A DNA stretch of 63,168 nucleotides, counting the filler. It is 9 parts of 9 records of this genome, joined end to end, with 100 filler letters (N's around TTAATTAATTAA, not from the genome) between each part and the next. Parts side by side here need not be neighbours in the genome. Positions count along the whole stretch, not along the records: positions 15,410 to 25,853 come from SRR31147125_6326; positions 25,954 to 32,056 come from SRR31147125_6344; 7 more parts are not named here. One strand, 5' to 3'. This document shows, one piece after another, positions 20,357 to 30,981 of the stretch. The position numbers were made by a program, and so were the translations under genes. Every line of letters begins with the position of its first letter. Positions within the stretch are counted from its first letter, which is position 1. The notes beneath the pieces were generated by a model, which searched no databases, was not told the origin of the DNA, and was given only the letters and a program-made list of their open reading frames with translations.

Positions 20357-22168
20357 TTAATTACTGAGGATTTCGAGAGTTTTCTTCATGAAGCCTTCGA
20401 CTTCGATCATCTTTTCGATGTTTTCACCAGCAGACGCATCTTTTGCATTTTTCAGCACAGACTTGATTTTGTCTAATGCGTTTTTATTTTCATCGTTTTC
20501 TGCAAATTGCTTTTCCAAAGTGGGCATAAGGGCATCAAGATGCTCAATCATGGAATCCAGATTGCCTTTGACTTTGGATTTCATGTCATCATATTCCTGT
20601 TCGAGGGCGTATTCTCTATTATCATCAATCATGCCCTGAATTTCGGTGTCGGTTAGGTAGCTGTATGCACTCACGATGATCGATTGTTGTTGTCCTGTAT
20701 CCATGTCTCTACCAGAAACTTTCAATGTTCCATCGGCATCGAGATCAAAGAATACTTTTATTCGTGTTTCGCCTCTTGGGGCTCTTTTGATGTTTTCCAG
20801 TGTGAATTCTCCCAAGACTACGCTTTCTTCCGATTCATCGCCTTCACCTTGAAGCACAACGATTCTAACAGCTTCCTGGAAATCTCTTTCAGTTGTGAAA
20901 ACGTGGCTTTTACTTATCGGAATGGGGGAATCTTTTGTAATGATCTCCTTGAAATATCCACCTGTGATGGCAACACCGAGTGAATGGGGGGTCAAATCGA
21001 GAAGCAGCATATTCTGATCCATCGAATCGATCAGCATATTACCTTGAATTGCGGCTCCAAGTGCTACTGCCTCATCAGGATTTAAACTTTTATGTGGTGT
21101 TGTCTGGAAAAACTCGGTTACAGCCATTTGAACCAATGGCATACGCGTTTGACCACCAACCAGAAGAATGCTGTCTATTTCACCAGTTCTCAGGTCGGCA
21201 TCTCGCATTGCACGAGAACATATGTCGATAGTTCTTTCAACCAGATCTTCTACCATATCGACAAGATCTTCTCTTGTGACTATTTTTTGAACGTGCAATG
21301 GTTGTTGACTGTCGTCAGAAGCAATAAATGGCAGGTTTATTTCTGTTTCATTTACGGTTGAAAGAGATATTTTGGCAGTTTCAGCAGCATCTTTAAGCCT
21401 TTGGATAGCCATTTTATCATCACGCAGATCAATACCATGATCTTGATAAAATTCATCCAGAAGCCATTCCATAATCCTGCTGTCAAAGTCTTCACCACCA
21501 AGGAAAGTGTCTCCGTTTGAAGTGATTACTTCATATACACCATCATTGATTTCAAGTATGGAAATATCGAAAGTACCGCCACCAAGATCGTACACTGCTA
21601 CTTTTCTGTTACCACTTTTACCAAATCCATAAGCTAAAGCTGCTGCTGTTGGCTCATTGATAACTCTTAAAACATCAAGACCGGCGATTGTTCCGGCGTC
21701 TTTTGTAGCTTTTCTTTGTGGATCTTTAAAGTAGGCTGGAACGGTAATAACGACTTTATTAAGTTTGTCTTCATCCAGATGCTCTTCTGCCACTTTTCGC
21801 ATTTCAGCGAGTATCATAGCCAGAATTTCCTGAATAGAGTAAACCTTGTTGTGCAACTGAATTCTGACGTCTTTATTTGGGCCTTCCACCAATTCAAAAG
21901 GACAAGAGATTAGTGAAGATTGAACACTGGGAGAATCGAAGGTTCTTCCGACAAGCCTTTTTGCTGCAAATACCGTATTTGATGGATTTGTAATTGCTTG
22001 TCTTTTTGCTGCATGGCCAATGAGCCTCTTGCCGGAAGCAGTGATAGCAACAACCGATGGTGTAATTTTATATCCGGATCTGTTTGGAATAACAACAGGA
22101 ACACCTTCCTCAATGCAGGCGACACATGAATTAGTTGTTCCTAGATCAATTCCTATGACCATGCTCAT
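20357..22168 (-). CDS. dnaK: Hsp70/DnaK-family chaperone (specialised paralog)
   Basis: [40 protein letters not shown], linker [11 protein letters not shown]. No C-terminal acidic tail. Confidence 0.9.
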   Translation of the reverse strand: MSMVIGIDLGTTNSCVACIEEGVPVVIPNRSGYKITPSVVAITASGKRLIGHAAKRQAITNPSNTVFAAKRLVGRTFDSPSVQSSLISCPFELVEGPNKDVRIQLHNKVYSIQEILAMILAEMRKVAEEHLDEDKLNKVVITVPAYFKDPQRKATKDAGTIAGLDVLRVINEPTAAALAYGFGKSGNRKVAVYDLGGGTFDISILEINDGVYEVITSNGDTFLGGEDFDSRIMEWLLDEFYQDHGIDLRDDKMAIQRLKDAAETAKISLSTVNETEINLPFIASDDSQQPLHVQKIVTREDLVDMVEDLVERTIDICSRAMRDADLRTGEIDSILLVGGQTRMPLVQMAVTEFFQTTPHKSLNPDEAVALGAAIQGNMLIDSMDQNMLLLDLTPHSLGVAITGGYFKEIITKDSPIPISKSHVFTTERDFQEAVRIVVLQGEGDESEESVVLGEFTLENIKRAPRGETRIKVFFDLDADGTLKVSGRDMDTGQQQSIIVSAYSYLTDTEIQGMIDDNREYALEQEYDDMKSKVKGNLDSMIEHLDALMPTLEKQFAENDENKNALDKIKSVLKNAKDASAGENIEKMIEVEGFMKKTLEILSN

Positions 22169-22216
22169 CTAAGCAACTCCTCTATTTGCAACATCAATTC
22201 TTACTTGCATTTTCAA

Positions 22217-23452
22217 CTAAAACCACTTTTTGGCTTCTTTTAGCTGGCCTTTAGCTGATATGTTTTCGGGATCAATCTGCAATGCAGCTTCGAATTGTTT
22301 AACCGCTTCTTTACGTTCGCGTAATTTTAACAGAATTTTCCCAAATAACAAACGATATTCAATATTTTTTGGTTCTGCTACTACAGCTTTTTTTGCATAT
22401 GGGTGTGCAAGAGCCCAATCTGCCTGATCGCAATAAAGTCTTGCGACCTTGATGTTAAATTCACCACCTTTGGGGAATAATTCTGCCGCTTTAAGATATG
22501 CTTCAAAGTATCCTTCTTGTCCGTATGATTCAAGAGTAAGACCTCTTTGAAAATACTTATCTGCTTGTACCATTTCAGCTTGATCTTTAACTTTTTCAAG
22601 GTGAGCGATATAAAGTTCATTGTTTGGATCGTATGATATTGCCAGCTTGAAATTATTGGCTGCAGAAACCCAACGTTGTTGCTTCATATCATCCAGAGCT
22701 GCTTCGTAGAACTCTTTTGCCTTATCAACTCTCCAGGTCATTGGATTCCGTTTAAGACGACTTCTTCTTAGTTCTCTTTCAAGTCTGCGCTTTCTTTCAT
22801 CCGGAGATTCCAGTATATCGTCCGGTTGAGCCTCTATTGAGCCTTTTTCAATCAGTTCTCGTCTGTATTCAGCTCTTTCAACAGGATCAAGCAGTGTATT
22901 TTGTGCTTGAGATATTGTATTGTAAACTTTTTTGATTTTTTGTGAGTAGCTACCAATTTCTTTTCTGAAGTAGTTGTCAGGATGATAAATTCTTGAAAGC
23001 TGAATAAAAGCTTTTTTTACTTCAGGAGCTTTGGCAGTATCTGGAATATTCAATAGTTCATACAGATTGAAATTTGCAAGATTCCCGAAAGTAAACAGGA
23101 TTTCTTTTCTAAATTCGACAGGAAGATCGTTGTCTTCTTGCAATTCAACCAGATTAAAGATGAATCCTTTGTAATTGCGCTTGGGAACGATATCTGCTTT
23201 GAGGTCTTCTTTTTTGGGTTTTTCCTGCTGTTGTTTGCCTTTAATTTCTATGACACCCTGATCCACAAGCTTTTTGATGATTGTTGCTGTTGAAGCTTTA
23301 TCGAGAAGGCTTATCTGGTATAGCTCTTTTACCTGAAGTTCACCTGCAATTCTCGACAGAAGAAAGCCTTCCTGTGCTGATAAGTTGAGATTTGTCATGT
23401 CCACGCCAGAGCGAACACGAATTTTGGTGTCATCCTTAATGATTTTGCTCAT
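22217..23452 (-). CDS. J-domain protein with C-terminal TPRs
   Basis: NLYELLNI...YHPDNY J-domain with HPD motif, TPR helices, immediately upstream of the Hsp70. Confidence 0.88.
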   Translation of the reverse strand: MSKIIKDDTKIRVRSGVDMTNLNLSAQEGFLLSRIAGELQVKELYQISLLDKASTATIIKKLVDQGVIEIKGKQQQEKPKKEDLKADIVPKRNYKGFIFNLVELQEDNDLPVEFRKEILFTFGNLANFNLYELLNIPDTAKAPEVKKAFIQLSRIYHPDNYFRKEIGSYSQKIKKVYNTISQAQNTLLDPVERAEYRRELIEKGSIEAQPDDILESPDERKRRLERELRRSRLKRNPMTWRVDKAKEFYEAALDDMKQQRWVSAANNFKLAISYDPNNELYIAHLEKVKDQAEMVQADKYFQRGLTLESYGQEGYFEAYLKAAELFPKGGEFNIKVARLYCDQADWALAHPYAKKAVVAEPKNIEYRLLFGKILLKLRERKEAVKQFEAALQIDPENISAKGQLKEAKKWF

Positions 23453-23551
23453 ATTTACTTCTGTTTGCTGTAGTAATTAAATACTATCGAACTCTTGGCA
23501 CCCTATTATCAAGACAATTGAAAAAAGTCAAGATACTGTATAAAACTTAGA

Positions 23552-24493
23552 TCAATCTTTTTTGATAAAAAAGGCTAATAAAAATAAAAATCCTAAAATT
23601 ACTATTGAAATTCCGACTATTATTACGTTTTGATTAAAATCAGGGGCATATTTGGATGGCCCTTGAAATTTCTTAAACTCTTCAATATTTCCAGCATAGA
23701 CTCTTAAAATAGGAGTTCCTTTCGGAGTAAAGAAGGGAACGATTTTGTTGAAATCGATAGCTCCTAAAACAGTTATCTCCAGTTTTTGTGGGTTTAGATG
23801 AACCGCTTTATATTTGAATCTTGTGTCACCGGGTTTTGGATTAGTTAGAGCTGTATCTTTATCGTAGATATAGTTTCTATCATTAAATAAAAACCGATTA
23901 TTAAGATTGTCGGGAATAATTACATTTTCCCATTTGAGCAGATTGGCAGTATCAAGATTTAGGAGTAAACGACCGAAACCGATTCTGGCATAAAAGGTCT
24001 GCGAATTATGTTTTGCTTCTACGTATTGATGTCCAACCCAGTTTTTAAGCTTTTGCCATGGTATGGGATTTTCTAACCATTTTGCTTCATATTTGTATTT
24101 TTCCGATGCTTTTACTGAAAGTCCCTGTAATTCCTTTTCAGGTATTTTGGTTTCTTCCCATGCATAGGTTTCTACCGTTCTCTTTAAAGCGAGATAAGTT
24201 CCAAGTCTAAGACCAGAAGGGTCGTTTGCTCGGCTATTGATTGCTATACGATGGTTTATTATTACAGGTTTGTCTTTTGGATGGTCTTCCGGACGGGTTA
24301 TGTTTTTAATTTGTGTAGCAATTTCAGCTAGATAGGTCGGATCTTCCATGGCAATTGCCAACTCTTTCTGGTCCTTCACATACATAAATATTGCGGTTGA
24401 AGCACCACCAAGAATAAGCACAATCGCTACGACTAGTAAAAGAGTTTTAATTTGTTTGTTCTTACTTAGTTGCATCTTATACACTAAAGTCAA
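23552..24493 (-). CDS. TMEM43 (DUF1625)-like membrane protein
   Basis: N- and C-terminal TM segments. LKRTVETYAWEE and PKPGDTRFKY resemble TMEM43 motifs. Confidence 0.65.
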   Translation of the reverse strand: MTLVYKMQLSKNKQIKTLLLVVAIVLILGGASTAIFMYVKDQKELAIAMEDPTYLAEIATQIKNITRPEDHPKDKPVIINHRIAINSRANDPSGLRLGTYLALKRTVETYAWEETKIPEKELQGLSVKASEKYKYEAKWLENPIPWQKLKNWVGHQYVEAKHNSQTFYARIGFGRLLLNLDTANLLKWENVIIPDNLNNRFLFNDRNYIYDKDTALTNPKPGDTRFKYKAVHLNPQKLEITVLGAIDFNKIVPFFTPKGTPILRVYAGNIEEFKKFQGPSKYAPDFNQNVIIVGISIVILGFLFLLAFFIKKD

Positions 24494-24593
24494 AAAATTA
24501 AATTAAGTGATATTGGTTGCTTATGCTACCCCTAATCCCCCAAATAATCAAGATTGTGTGGCAAAAAAAGAGTTTTTATATCAGCAAAGCCAT

Positions 24594-25853
24594 TTATTCG
24601 TAAATTCGGATCATGGTTTGCTGACGAGTTTTGTCTTCTGGATTTGTTTCTATAATAGTATCGGGACCAGAATCTACCATTACACCTGGTTTGTTTTTAT
24701 CAAGTTCAACAAAATCGAAGACATTTCCTTCCAGATCAATAGCTTCGATTTTCATTTTTTCACATCCGGCTTCAATATTGAGATAGTGATAGTTCAAGCT
24801 CACAACGTTTACTTCATCAAATGCTTTACACCAGACATCTAGTTCGGCACCACCACCACCAGAAATGATTTGTACTACGCTGTTGCTGAAAGCACGTTCA
24901 TAGCTGTGAGTATGTCCCGCAAGATGCAATTGGAAACCGTGTTTTTCCATCAAAGGAATAGTCCAGTCTTTTACCCCCTGCAAGCCATCATAATTACAGC
25001 TTGTACCCCAACTGGCAGAAACTGCCGGCTCATGAGCAAGAGCAATTCTCCAGGTTGCAGCCTGAGCTTCAGGTGAAGACATTTGTTCTTCCATCCACTG
25101 CGAAATTGGTGTGTGATCCAGGTTCAGGATTTTGAAAAAGGGTTGGTTTGTATCATATACAAGGAAAAAAGCATTTCCATATGTAAATGTGTAGTTTACT
25201 CCTGGCAGATCATATCCTTCAAAATATGGATAAGAAGTGAGTTCGTAGAAATTACTGGAATTATGCTCATGATTGCCGATGGCAACATAAGTTACAACTT
25301 GGTGATTTAAAACACGGTAAGGATCGAAAAACTCAGGTTTCCATTCTTCCGGGTCGCCACTAGATACAATATCTCCAACATTCAGAGCTATATGAGGATC
25401 ACTTTTTAGCAATGCATCAACTACTTTTTTGCATTGTGCCGGGTATGTTCTGCTATCTCCTGAAACTGCAAAACGGAATGATTGCCCTGGTTTTACAGAT
25501 GTGTAAAATTGATGGGTTTTTGACTCTTTATCATTGGTTTTGGCTTTATACGAATATCGCGTATCAGGTTTAAGGTCATTCAAGGTGATTTTATGGACTT
25601 TTGCTACGCTTTTTGATGTTATTTCTTTTTCTGTTGAATCACCTTCGCCGAAATAAACAGTGCTTTCGCCATCTTCCAAAGTTCGCCACATAATCGTGAT
25701 TGATGTTGGAGTTACATTCATCAAATATGGACCCATGTCAAAAGTGTCGTCATCCACGACTTTGAGCTTTCTTCTGGGGATCTCGCTGCCTTTACAAGCT
25801 GGAAGAGTGTACTCCTTTTCGGTGTCTTCTTCCATTTCATTGGCTTCCTCTGT
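24594..25853 (-). CDS. Purple-acid-phosphatase-like metallophosphoesterase, 5' partial
   Basis: FN3-like N-domain, GDSR, GDIV, GNHE, GHTHSYER. Confidence 0.88.
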   Translation of the reverse strand, partial: TEEANEMEEDTEKEYTLPACKGSEIPRRKLKVVDDDTFDMGPYLMNVTPTSITIMWRTLEDGESTVYFGEGDSTEKEITSKSVAKVHKITLNDLKPDTRYSYKAKTNDKESKTHQFYTSVKPGQSFRFAVSGDSRTYPAQCKKVVDALLKSDPHIALNVGDIVSSGDPEEWKPEFFDPYRVLNHQVVTYVAIGNHEHNSSNFYELTSYPYFEGYDLPGVNYTFTYGNAFFLVYDTNQPFFKILNLDHTPISQWMEEQMSSPEAQAATWRIALAHEPAVSASWGTSCNYDGLQGVKDWTIPLMEKHGFQLHLAGHTHSYERAFSNSVVQIISGGGGAELDVWCKAFDEVNVVSLNYHYLNIEAGCEKMKIEAIDLEGNVFDFVELDKNKPGVMVDSGPDTIIETNPEDKTRQQTMIRIYE

Positions 25854-25953
25854 NNNNNNNNNNNNNNNNNNNNNNNNNNNNNNNNNNNNNNNNNNNNTTA
25901 ATTAATTAANNNNNNNNNNNNNNNNNNNNNNNNNNNNNNNNNNNNNNNNNNNN
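25854..25953. other. Artificial contig spacer
   Basis: N-linker-N. Confidence 0.99.
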
Positions 25954-25982
25954 TTCATGAAATTTATATCCAAAATTTCCAA
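25954..25982 (-). CDS. recF: Probable start of recF (3' truncated by contig end)
   Basis: GAGGTG RBS then TTG start reading MEILDINFM, directly after yaaA. Fits the RecF N-terminus and conserved synteny. Confidence 0.55.
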
Positions 25983-26037
25983 TTTACACCTCTAGTCAAG
26001 CTCAAAAGTTTGACTCAAAATTTATTTTCTAAACGAA

Positions 26038-26250
26038 CTACTCTTTCTCAACCAAATATAAGTTTCCATCTATCTCAACTTTATCTCCTGGATAAAGTTT
26101 TTTACCTCTTCTCGTTTCAACTTCATCATTAACTTTTACTTCCTCTTCAGCTATTCTAAATTTAGCTTCAGTTCCGCTGCTAACAGCGTTCATCCATTTT
26201 AGAAATTGATCTAGTTTTATAAACTCAGTTGATATCTTAACAGTTTGCAT
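26038..26250 (-). CDS. yaaA: S4-domain RNA-binding protein YaaA
   Basis: EFIKLDQFLKW...SGTEAK...VKVNDEVETRRGKKLYPGDKV. Confidence 0.92.
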   Translation of the reverse strand: MQTVKISTEFIKLDQFLKWMNAVSSGTEAKFRIAEEEVKVNDEVETRRGKKLYPGDKVEIDGNLYLVEKE

Positions 26251-26381
26251 TCAGTACCTCCTTAACAAACAGACTTCACCATTATACGATTAAAATCGTA
26301 CATACAATTGTATCATATCTGCGGAAAATTATCAATTTAAGAGTTTGAATTACTTATAATATTTACAGTTTCCTAAATTAT

Positions 26382-26417
26382 AAAAAATTCACTCATTCTA
26401 CATTTAGAATGAGTGAA
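26382..26417 (-). terminator. Rho-independent terminator
   Basis: 13-bp stem TTCACTCATTCTA / TAGAATGAGTGAA plus T-run on the minus strand. Confidence 0.8.
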
Positions 26418-26476
26418 GCTTAAAACTTTTTATTTGAGAACAAGACTATATAAAAGATAAATTATTTTTATTAAAG

Positions 26477-27595
26477 TTAATTATACTCAATAATATACTT
26501 GTAATAGTCCTCTCCACTTTCATAACCATACTCGGTAACCCTTCCTTCAGAATCTCTTTTTAGTACCGAGCTACTTCCAGATATAATAACTCCATTAGAA
26601 TCATATTCATATGTTGTTGAATATGGAGTTCCATCGTTATAAGTGGTCGATTTTGAAATTAGTCTATTATTCGAATCATATTCGTATTCATAAAGTTCAG
26701 TATCGCTAGAAGTGCCAGTATAAGTTTTCTTTTTACTTATAAGCAAGCCATTTTTCCATGTGAACTCAACTATATAAGAACTTCCATTAGTATAATCATA
26801 AGATTTCTTTTTTATTCTTCCATCAGAATCATATTCATAAGTTATATAGTCGCCTTCACTAATAACTTGATTATTAGCATTATACTTATAGTATTCATAT
26901 AAATACTCTTCCCCTTCTAATTCGTAAGAGTAACCACTAAGTCTATTTCCCGAATTATACGCATAAGTTATATCAGAATTACTCTCATAACTACCACCAT
27001 AATCCCAATAAGTTATAAGTCCATTAGAATTATAAGTAAATTCGTAAGAGTAAACTGTTAAGTAACTAGTCTCATATGTTATTTTTTTTATCTCTAAATT
27101 TGCATACATTTCTATCCAAACAAAATCTCCACAATAATAATCTGCTAAGTAATCTTCTAAGTAAACAAGTTCTAAATAATTTGCAGGTCCAAATACAGCA
27201 TTAAATGCTGTAGTTTCAGTTGTAACCTCTGCATAAGTTATTGACTGTGATAATTTATTTCCACTAGAATCTTTCGCAATTAATGTTGATTTCCATAAAC
27301 CAACTTCCATTCCTTCTATCTCTACTGTAAAGTATTGGTCATTTCCAGTTCTGCTAATTGTTTTCTCTATAGTTTGACTACCGTCTTGAGATTCAAGTTT
27401 TAATTCAATAGTTGAAGTGTTCATATTCAATCTTTTTGCCGAATTACTATTATTTTCTATAATTTGTTTTGGCCATTTTCCAGTAATAGAAACACTCCCG
27501 TAATCGTCAAGTTTATTCTCTATTAAAAAATCACCACAAGCAGTAAAGAATACAGCCATACTAATTAAATATATACTTGTAAACAGTTTCTTCAT
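26477..27595 (-). CDS. Lipoprotein with YD/RHS-like repeats
   Basis: Lipobox FTA-C. Repeats YTYNSNGLI, YEYDSDGRI, YEYDSNNRL, YEYDSNGVI. Confidence 0.8.
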   Translation of the reverse strand: MKKLFTSIYLISMAVFFTACGDFLIENKLDDYGSVSITGKWPKQIIENNSNSAKRLNMNTSTIELKLESQDGSQTIEKTISRTGNDQYFTVEIEGMEVGLWKSTLIAKDSSGNKLSQSITYAEVTTETTAFNAVFGPANYLELVYLEDYLADYYCGDFVWIEMYANLEIKKITYETSYLTVYSYEFTYNSNGLITYWDYGGSYESNSDITYAYNSGNRLSGYSYELEGEEYLYEYYKYNANNQVISEGDYITYEYDSDGRIKKKSYDYTNGSSYIVEFTWKNGLLISKKKTYTGTSSDTELYEYEYDSNNRLISKSTTYNDGTPYSTTYEYDSNGVIISGSSSVLKRDSEGRVTEYGYESGEDYYKYIIEYN

Positions 27596-27619
27596 CTTTT
27601 CACCCCATCTCTATAATAT

Positions 27620-28501
27620 TTATCTTATTCTAATAGTTACATTAACTTTTGTTTTTGACTCAACCTTTGTAGAAGCTGCTGCCTGTTTAGTTACTTGCTC
27701 CAATGCATTCTCTAAGCTAACTTCCTCCACCTCTTCTACTATCTCAATTGACTCTGATCCAATTTCATTGACAGGAGCCACATCATTATGTTGAATTACT
27801 TCTCCAAGTACTCCATCTTCACTAACATCTATCTGCTCATTTTCATTTACAATTTTCTCTTCTGAAGATGTATCTGAAGAGCTTTCAGAGGAATTCTCAT
27901 CACTTCCTTGTTGTCTTTTTCTATGAACATCTATAGGTACTACAAATACTTTACCTTCATAAACTTTAATATTGACTTTACCATTTTTTTGTAGTGAAGT
28001 AAGATACTGTGTACCTCTAACACCAGCTACAACACTGCCCGCTTCTACTTCATATTTTCCACCTGTTTCAATTCTTTTTCTTACATTTGAAAATACTTTA
28101 CCAAATGCAAGTTTTAAACCTGTTTCAGTCATCTTCTCTTCCTGAGGCCTTCCCCTCATAGTATCAAAAATTAACTTTGATCTTTCTCCAATATTTATAA
28201 AAGTCTCCTCTTCCATTCTTATTCTTAACTCACTATCTTCCATAGTAATTATAGTATCTTTTTCTTTAATTGTTGCATCTTTAATAAGTTGAAGCCATTT
28301 GCTACTCCCACCTCTTTGTACATATGCTTCACCTTTTATCTTTTCCACAAAAGCCTCTTTTACTTCTAATTCAGTAGGCGTATCTGTTGTTAGTTCTTTA
28401 AACGCTTCATCATCATCTTTTAAAAGAGAATCTAGCTCAGAAGCTGAAAATGATAAAACTGTAAAACTAAACAATAAAATTATAAATATAATCTTCTTCA
28501 T
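27620..28501 (-). CDS. Secreted FecR-domain protein
   Basis: Signal peptide, DTIITMEDS, VAGVRGTQY, VYEGKV. Confidence 0.85.
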   Translation of the reverse strand: MKKIIFIILLFSFTVLSFSASELDSLLKDDDEAFKELTTDTPTELEVKEAFVEKIKGEAYVQRGGSSKWLQLIKDATIKEKDTIITMEDSELRIRMEEETFINIGERSKLIFDTMRGRPQEEKMTETGLKLAFGKVFSNVRKRIETGGKYEVEAGSVVAGVRGTQYLTSLQKNGKVNIKVYEGKVFVVPIDVHRKRQQGSDENSSESSSDTSSEEKIVNENEQIDVSEDGVLGEVIQHNDVAPVNEIGSESIEIVEEVEEVSLENALEQVTKQAAASTKVESKTKVNVTIRIR

Positions 28502-28512
28502 ATTAAATCCTC

Positions 28513-29823
28513 CTATTTAAATTCTCTTTTAACTTTTGCTGATAGTTTATTGTTTAAGTATTCGCTTTCACTTGAATTTGAATCATTTATCTCCAGGCTA
28601 TATCCCACAGAGTACTTCCAAGGAGTATCCTTTATATTTGATTCCATTTCAGCATTTATTAGATGATTCATCTCTAGACCATCATCTTTATAATTTTTGA
28701 ACATAAGCTCATACCCAGCTGTAATAACATATTTTTCTTTATACAGTTTTTTTCCTTTTACTTTAGCGCCAAAACCAAAATAATTTTCACTATCCAAATC
28801 ATAATTGGTAAATTCAATTATTGTTCCAGCTGTTCCCGTTATATCATTTATTAGAGTTTCTGCATCGGCATAAAATGATATCGCAAAACCTTTGTTATCA
28901 GTTTTTTTATTCGAAGTTGTTGTTAAGTCCGCTCCTGTTGTCAGGTTTACGTCATTTTTAAACTCTTTTTTTAAATATTGTTTAAAATAATCTCTAGATT
29001 CTCTTCTTCCTTTTATACCAATTGAAAAATCTGTATTATTATTTTCTCCATCTACATTAACAAAAGTTATTGATGTTGGAACAGAAGCATACCAATCTTT
29101 AACAAGCTTACCAGGTTCAACTCCAAAGAAAAAGTTATTTTCATTATTTTCGTCATTACTAAAATAAAACTCATTACCAAATGAAGCAAAACTTATCACA
29201 TCAATATCTTCTTGATATTTCATTTTATGCACAAGAGTAACTCTTGTGTCGGAATATATATCTGATTCCTTGTCATCCTTTGTTAAAGACACATTATCAG
29301 TGTAAACTAAACCAGTCTCTGCCCCTATCATATAAGTTTTCTTTTTCTCTTTTACTCCTAAACTAGCTTTAATACTTTCTAATCTAGACTTTTCATCTGC
29401 AGTTAGGTTTAATGTTTCTAATTTTGCTATTTCAGAGTTTATTAAATCCTTGTCAGCATTATTATTTATATGTATACTCAGAATTTTAAATCTAACTTTG
29501 CTGCTTTCCTTTACAAATAAAGCTTTTTCATAATTAGATAATGCCACCACATTATCTTTTCTCTCTTCACTTAAAATTCCGGAGTAGTAATGGTAATTAA
29601 AACTCTCCTTCTCACTATTATCAACAGAGCTTAACATCTCTTCTGCTTCTTCTAAATTACCTGATTCCAAATTTATAGCAATAATTTGGTAATTAGAAGC
29701 TTCCTGAAGAATAATCTCTTCTGACTTATTTTCATTTTCCTCAGTATTATCATCACTATACACACTTAGTGAGATCATAATGAAACAAAGTAAATATAAA
29801 ACATTTTTCCATCTCATTTTCAT
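28513..29823 (-). CDS. TPR plus outer-membrane beta-barrel protein (SLAM-like architecture)
   Basis: Signal peptide, TPR-like helices, YTDNV motif, alternating beta-strands, C-terminal KVKREFK. Confidence 0.65.
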   Translation of the reverse strand: MKMRWKNVLYLLCFIMISLSVYSDDNTEENENKSEEIILQEASNYQIIAINLESGNLEEAEEMLSSVDNSEKESFNYHYYSGILSEERKDNVVALSNYEKALFVKESSKVRFKILSIHINNNADKDLINSEIAKLETLNLTADEKSRLESIKASLGVKEKKKTYMIGAETGLVYTDNVSLTKDDKESDIYSDTRVTLVHKMKYQEDIDVISFASFGNEFYFSNDENNENNFFFGVEPGKLVKDWYASVPTSITFVNVDGENNNTDFSIGIKGRRESRDYFKQYLKKEFKNDVNLTTGADLTTTSNKKTDNKGFAISFYADAETLINDITGTAGTIIEFTNYDLDSENYFGFGAKVKGKKLYKEKYVITAGYELMFKNYKDDGLEMNHLINAEMESNIKDTPWKYSVGYSLEINDSNSSESEYLNNKLSAKVKREFK

Positions 29824-30038
29824 AATTTACCCTCCCATATCCTTATATTTTTATTAACAAACTTTTTAGATAACTGTATTAATTTTATACAAATTTATTT
29901 TATCTTTCCTCTATAAATTATAACCTGAACTATTCATTTAATCAATAAAAACTATTGATTTTACTATTGTTTAAAAGCCTTATAAATAAAAAAAGACATT
30001 CTAATTTACACATAAACTAAAACATCTTTTTATTAATT

Positions 30039-30663
30039 TTAATTAAACTCTCTTTTTAGTTTTACAATAAATATATTATCAATATTTTCATCTATACTCA
30101 TATCATGCGAAAATAAATATTTCCATTTAATCTCCATTAATTTTGATTCAAACTTTGTTGAAACTCCGTAAATTATATTGGAGTCAATCTCTTTATAATC
30201 AAATAGTTCAATTTTAAATCCATCAGATATTATTGATTTCAGAGATAGCTTTTTTTCTAGTTTAGCATTTATGGAATAAATTCTATAATTTTCACTACTG
30301 CTACCTGAATTTATTTGTTTTAACTTTGTTTCTGTTATAATCTTCATTTTTCCAATATATCTCTCAACAAGTAAAGCTGTAGAGAGTTCCAACAGGTTTT
30401 TAGCCTCTTCACAGTTACTAATGATAATTTAAACGGAATATATATACTTCAAACAGACACTCTTTTTTCTGGCTTTAACTCAAAATTTAATTTATTATAA
30501 TTTAGTTCTCAAATGATACTGAATTAATTAAGTTAATTTTAGGTGATACTTTAGTTTCACGACTTATACCAAACTCAGTATTTAATGCAAAATCTGAGTT
30601 TATATTTGTTCTGTTATTATTTACATTATCATGAAGTATTAGTGCCGAAGATATGTAGAGTTT
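30039..30663 (-). pseudogene. Degraded paralog of the adjacent outer-membrane barrel
   Basis: Fragments LILHDNVNNNRTNINSDF...SVSFEN*, FELKPEKRVSV*SIYIP and ...VKLKREFN align with LVYTDNVSLTKDDKESDI...FASFGN, FGVEPGKLVKDWYASVP and ...AKVKREFK. Stops at 30502-30504 and 30449-30451. Confidence 0.7.
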
Positions 30664-30717
30664 ATTATGTTTGATATTAACTTACCAATTTAGTTAAATA
30701 ATTTCAAGCTTTTCTCA

Positions 30718-30891
30718 TATGTATATGAATAATAATAAAATTTTATTTTTGTCTGTATACATAGTAATTTATAAGATTGTTTAAACTTCTTTATTTTTGT
30801 CTATATACATATTAAAGCGAAGATTAATTAGATCGTGTTATTTTTGATGCTATACATTTAAAGATTAATAAAATCAAAGTCTAAATATATA
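30718..30891. repeat. Iteron-like 21-bp repeat cluster
   Basis: TTATTTTTGTCTGTATACATA (30743), TTATTTTTGTCTATATACATA (30791), TTATTTTTGATGCTATACATT (30838), an inverted copy at 30718-30738 and a partial copy at 30879. Confidence 0.7.
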
Positions 30892-30981
30892 AATAAGCAT
30901 CAACTACAGAATGAAAAAGATTCTATTTTCACATAAAAGTTACAAAATTTATACTTTACTATAATATTAAAAAAAGAGAGA

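Noticed and set aside
26477-27595. RHS polymorphic toxin
   Set aside because: Too short, no DPxG core motif, no toxin tip and no immunity gene.
30449-30451. TGA at a Trp position as evidence of an alternative genetic code
   Set aside because: The same region also has TAA stops and frame changes, and neighbouring genes use TGG for Trp.
30718-30891. Mini CRISPR array
   Set aside because: Repeats are short and degenerate, include an inverted copy, the spacers share AAGATT, and no cas genes are present.
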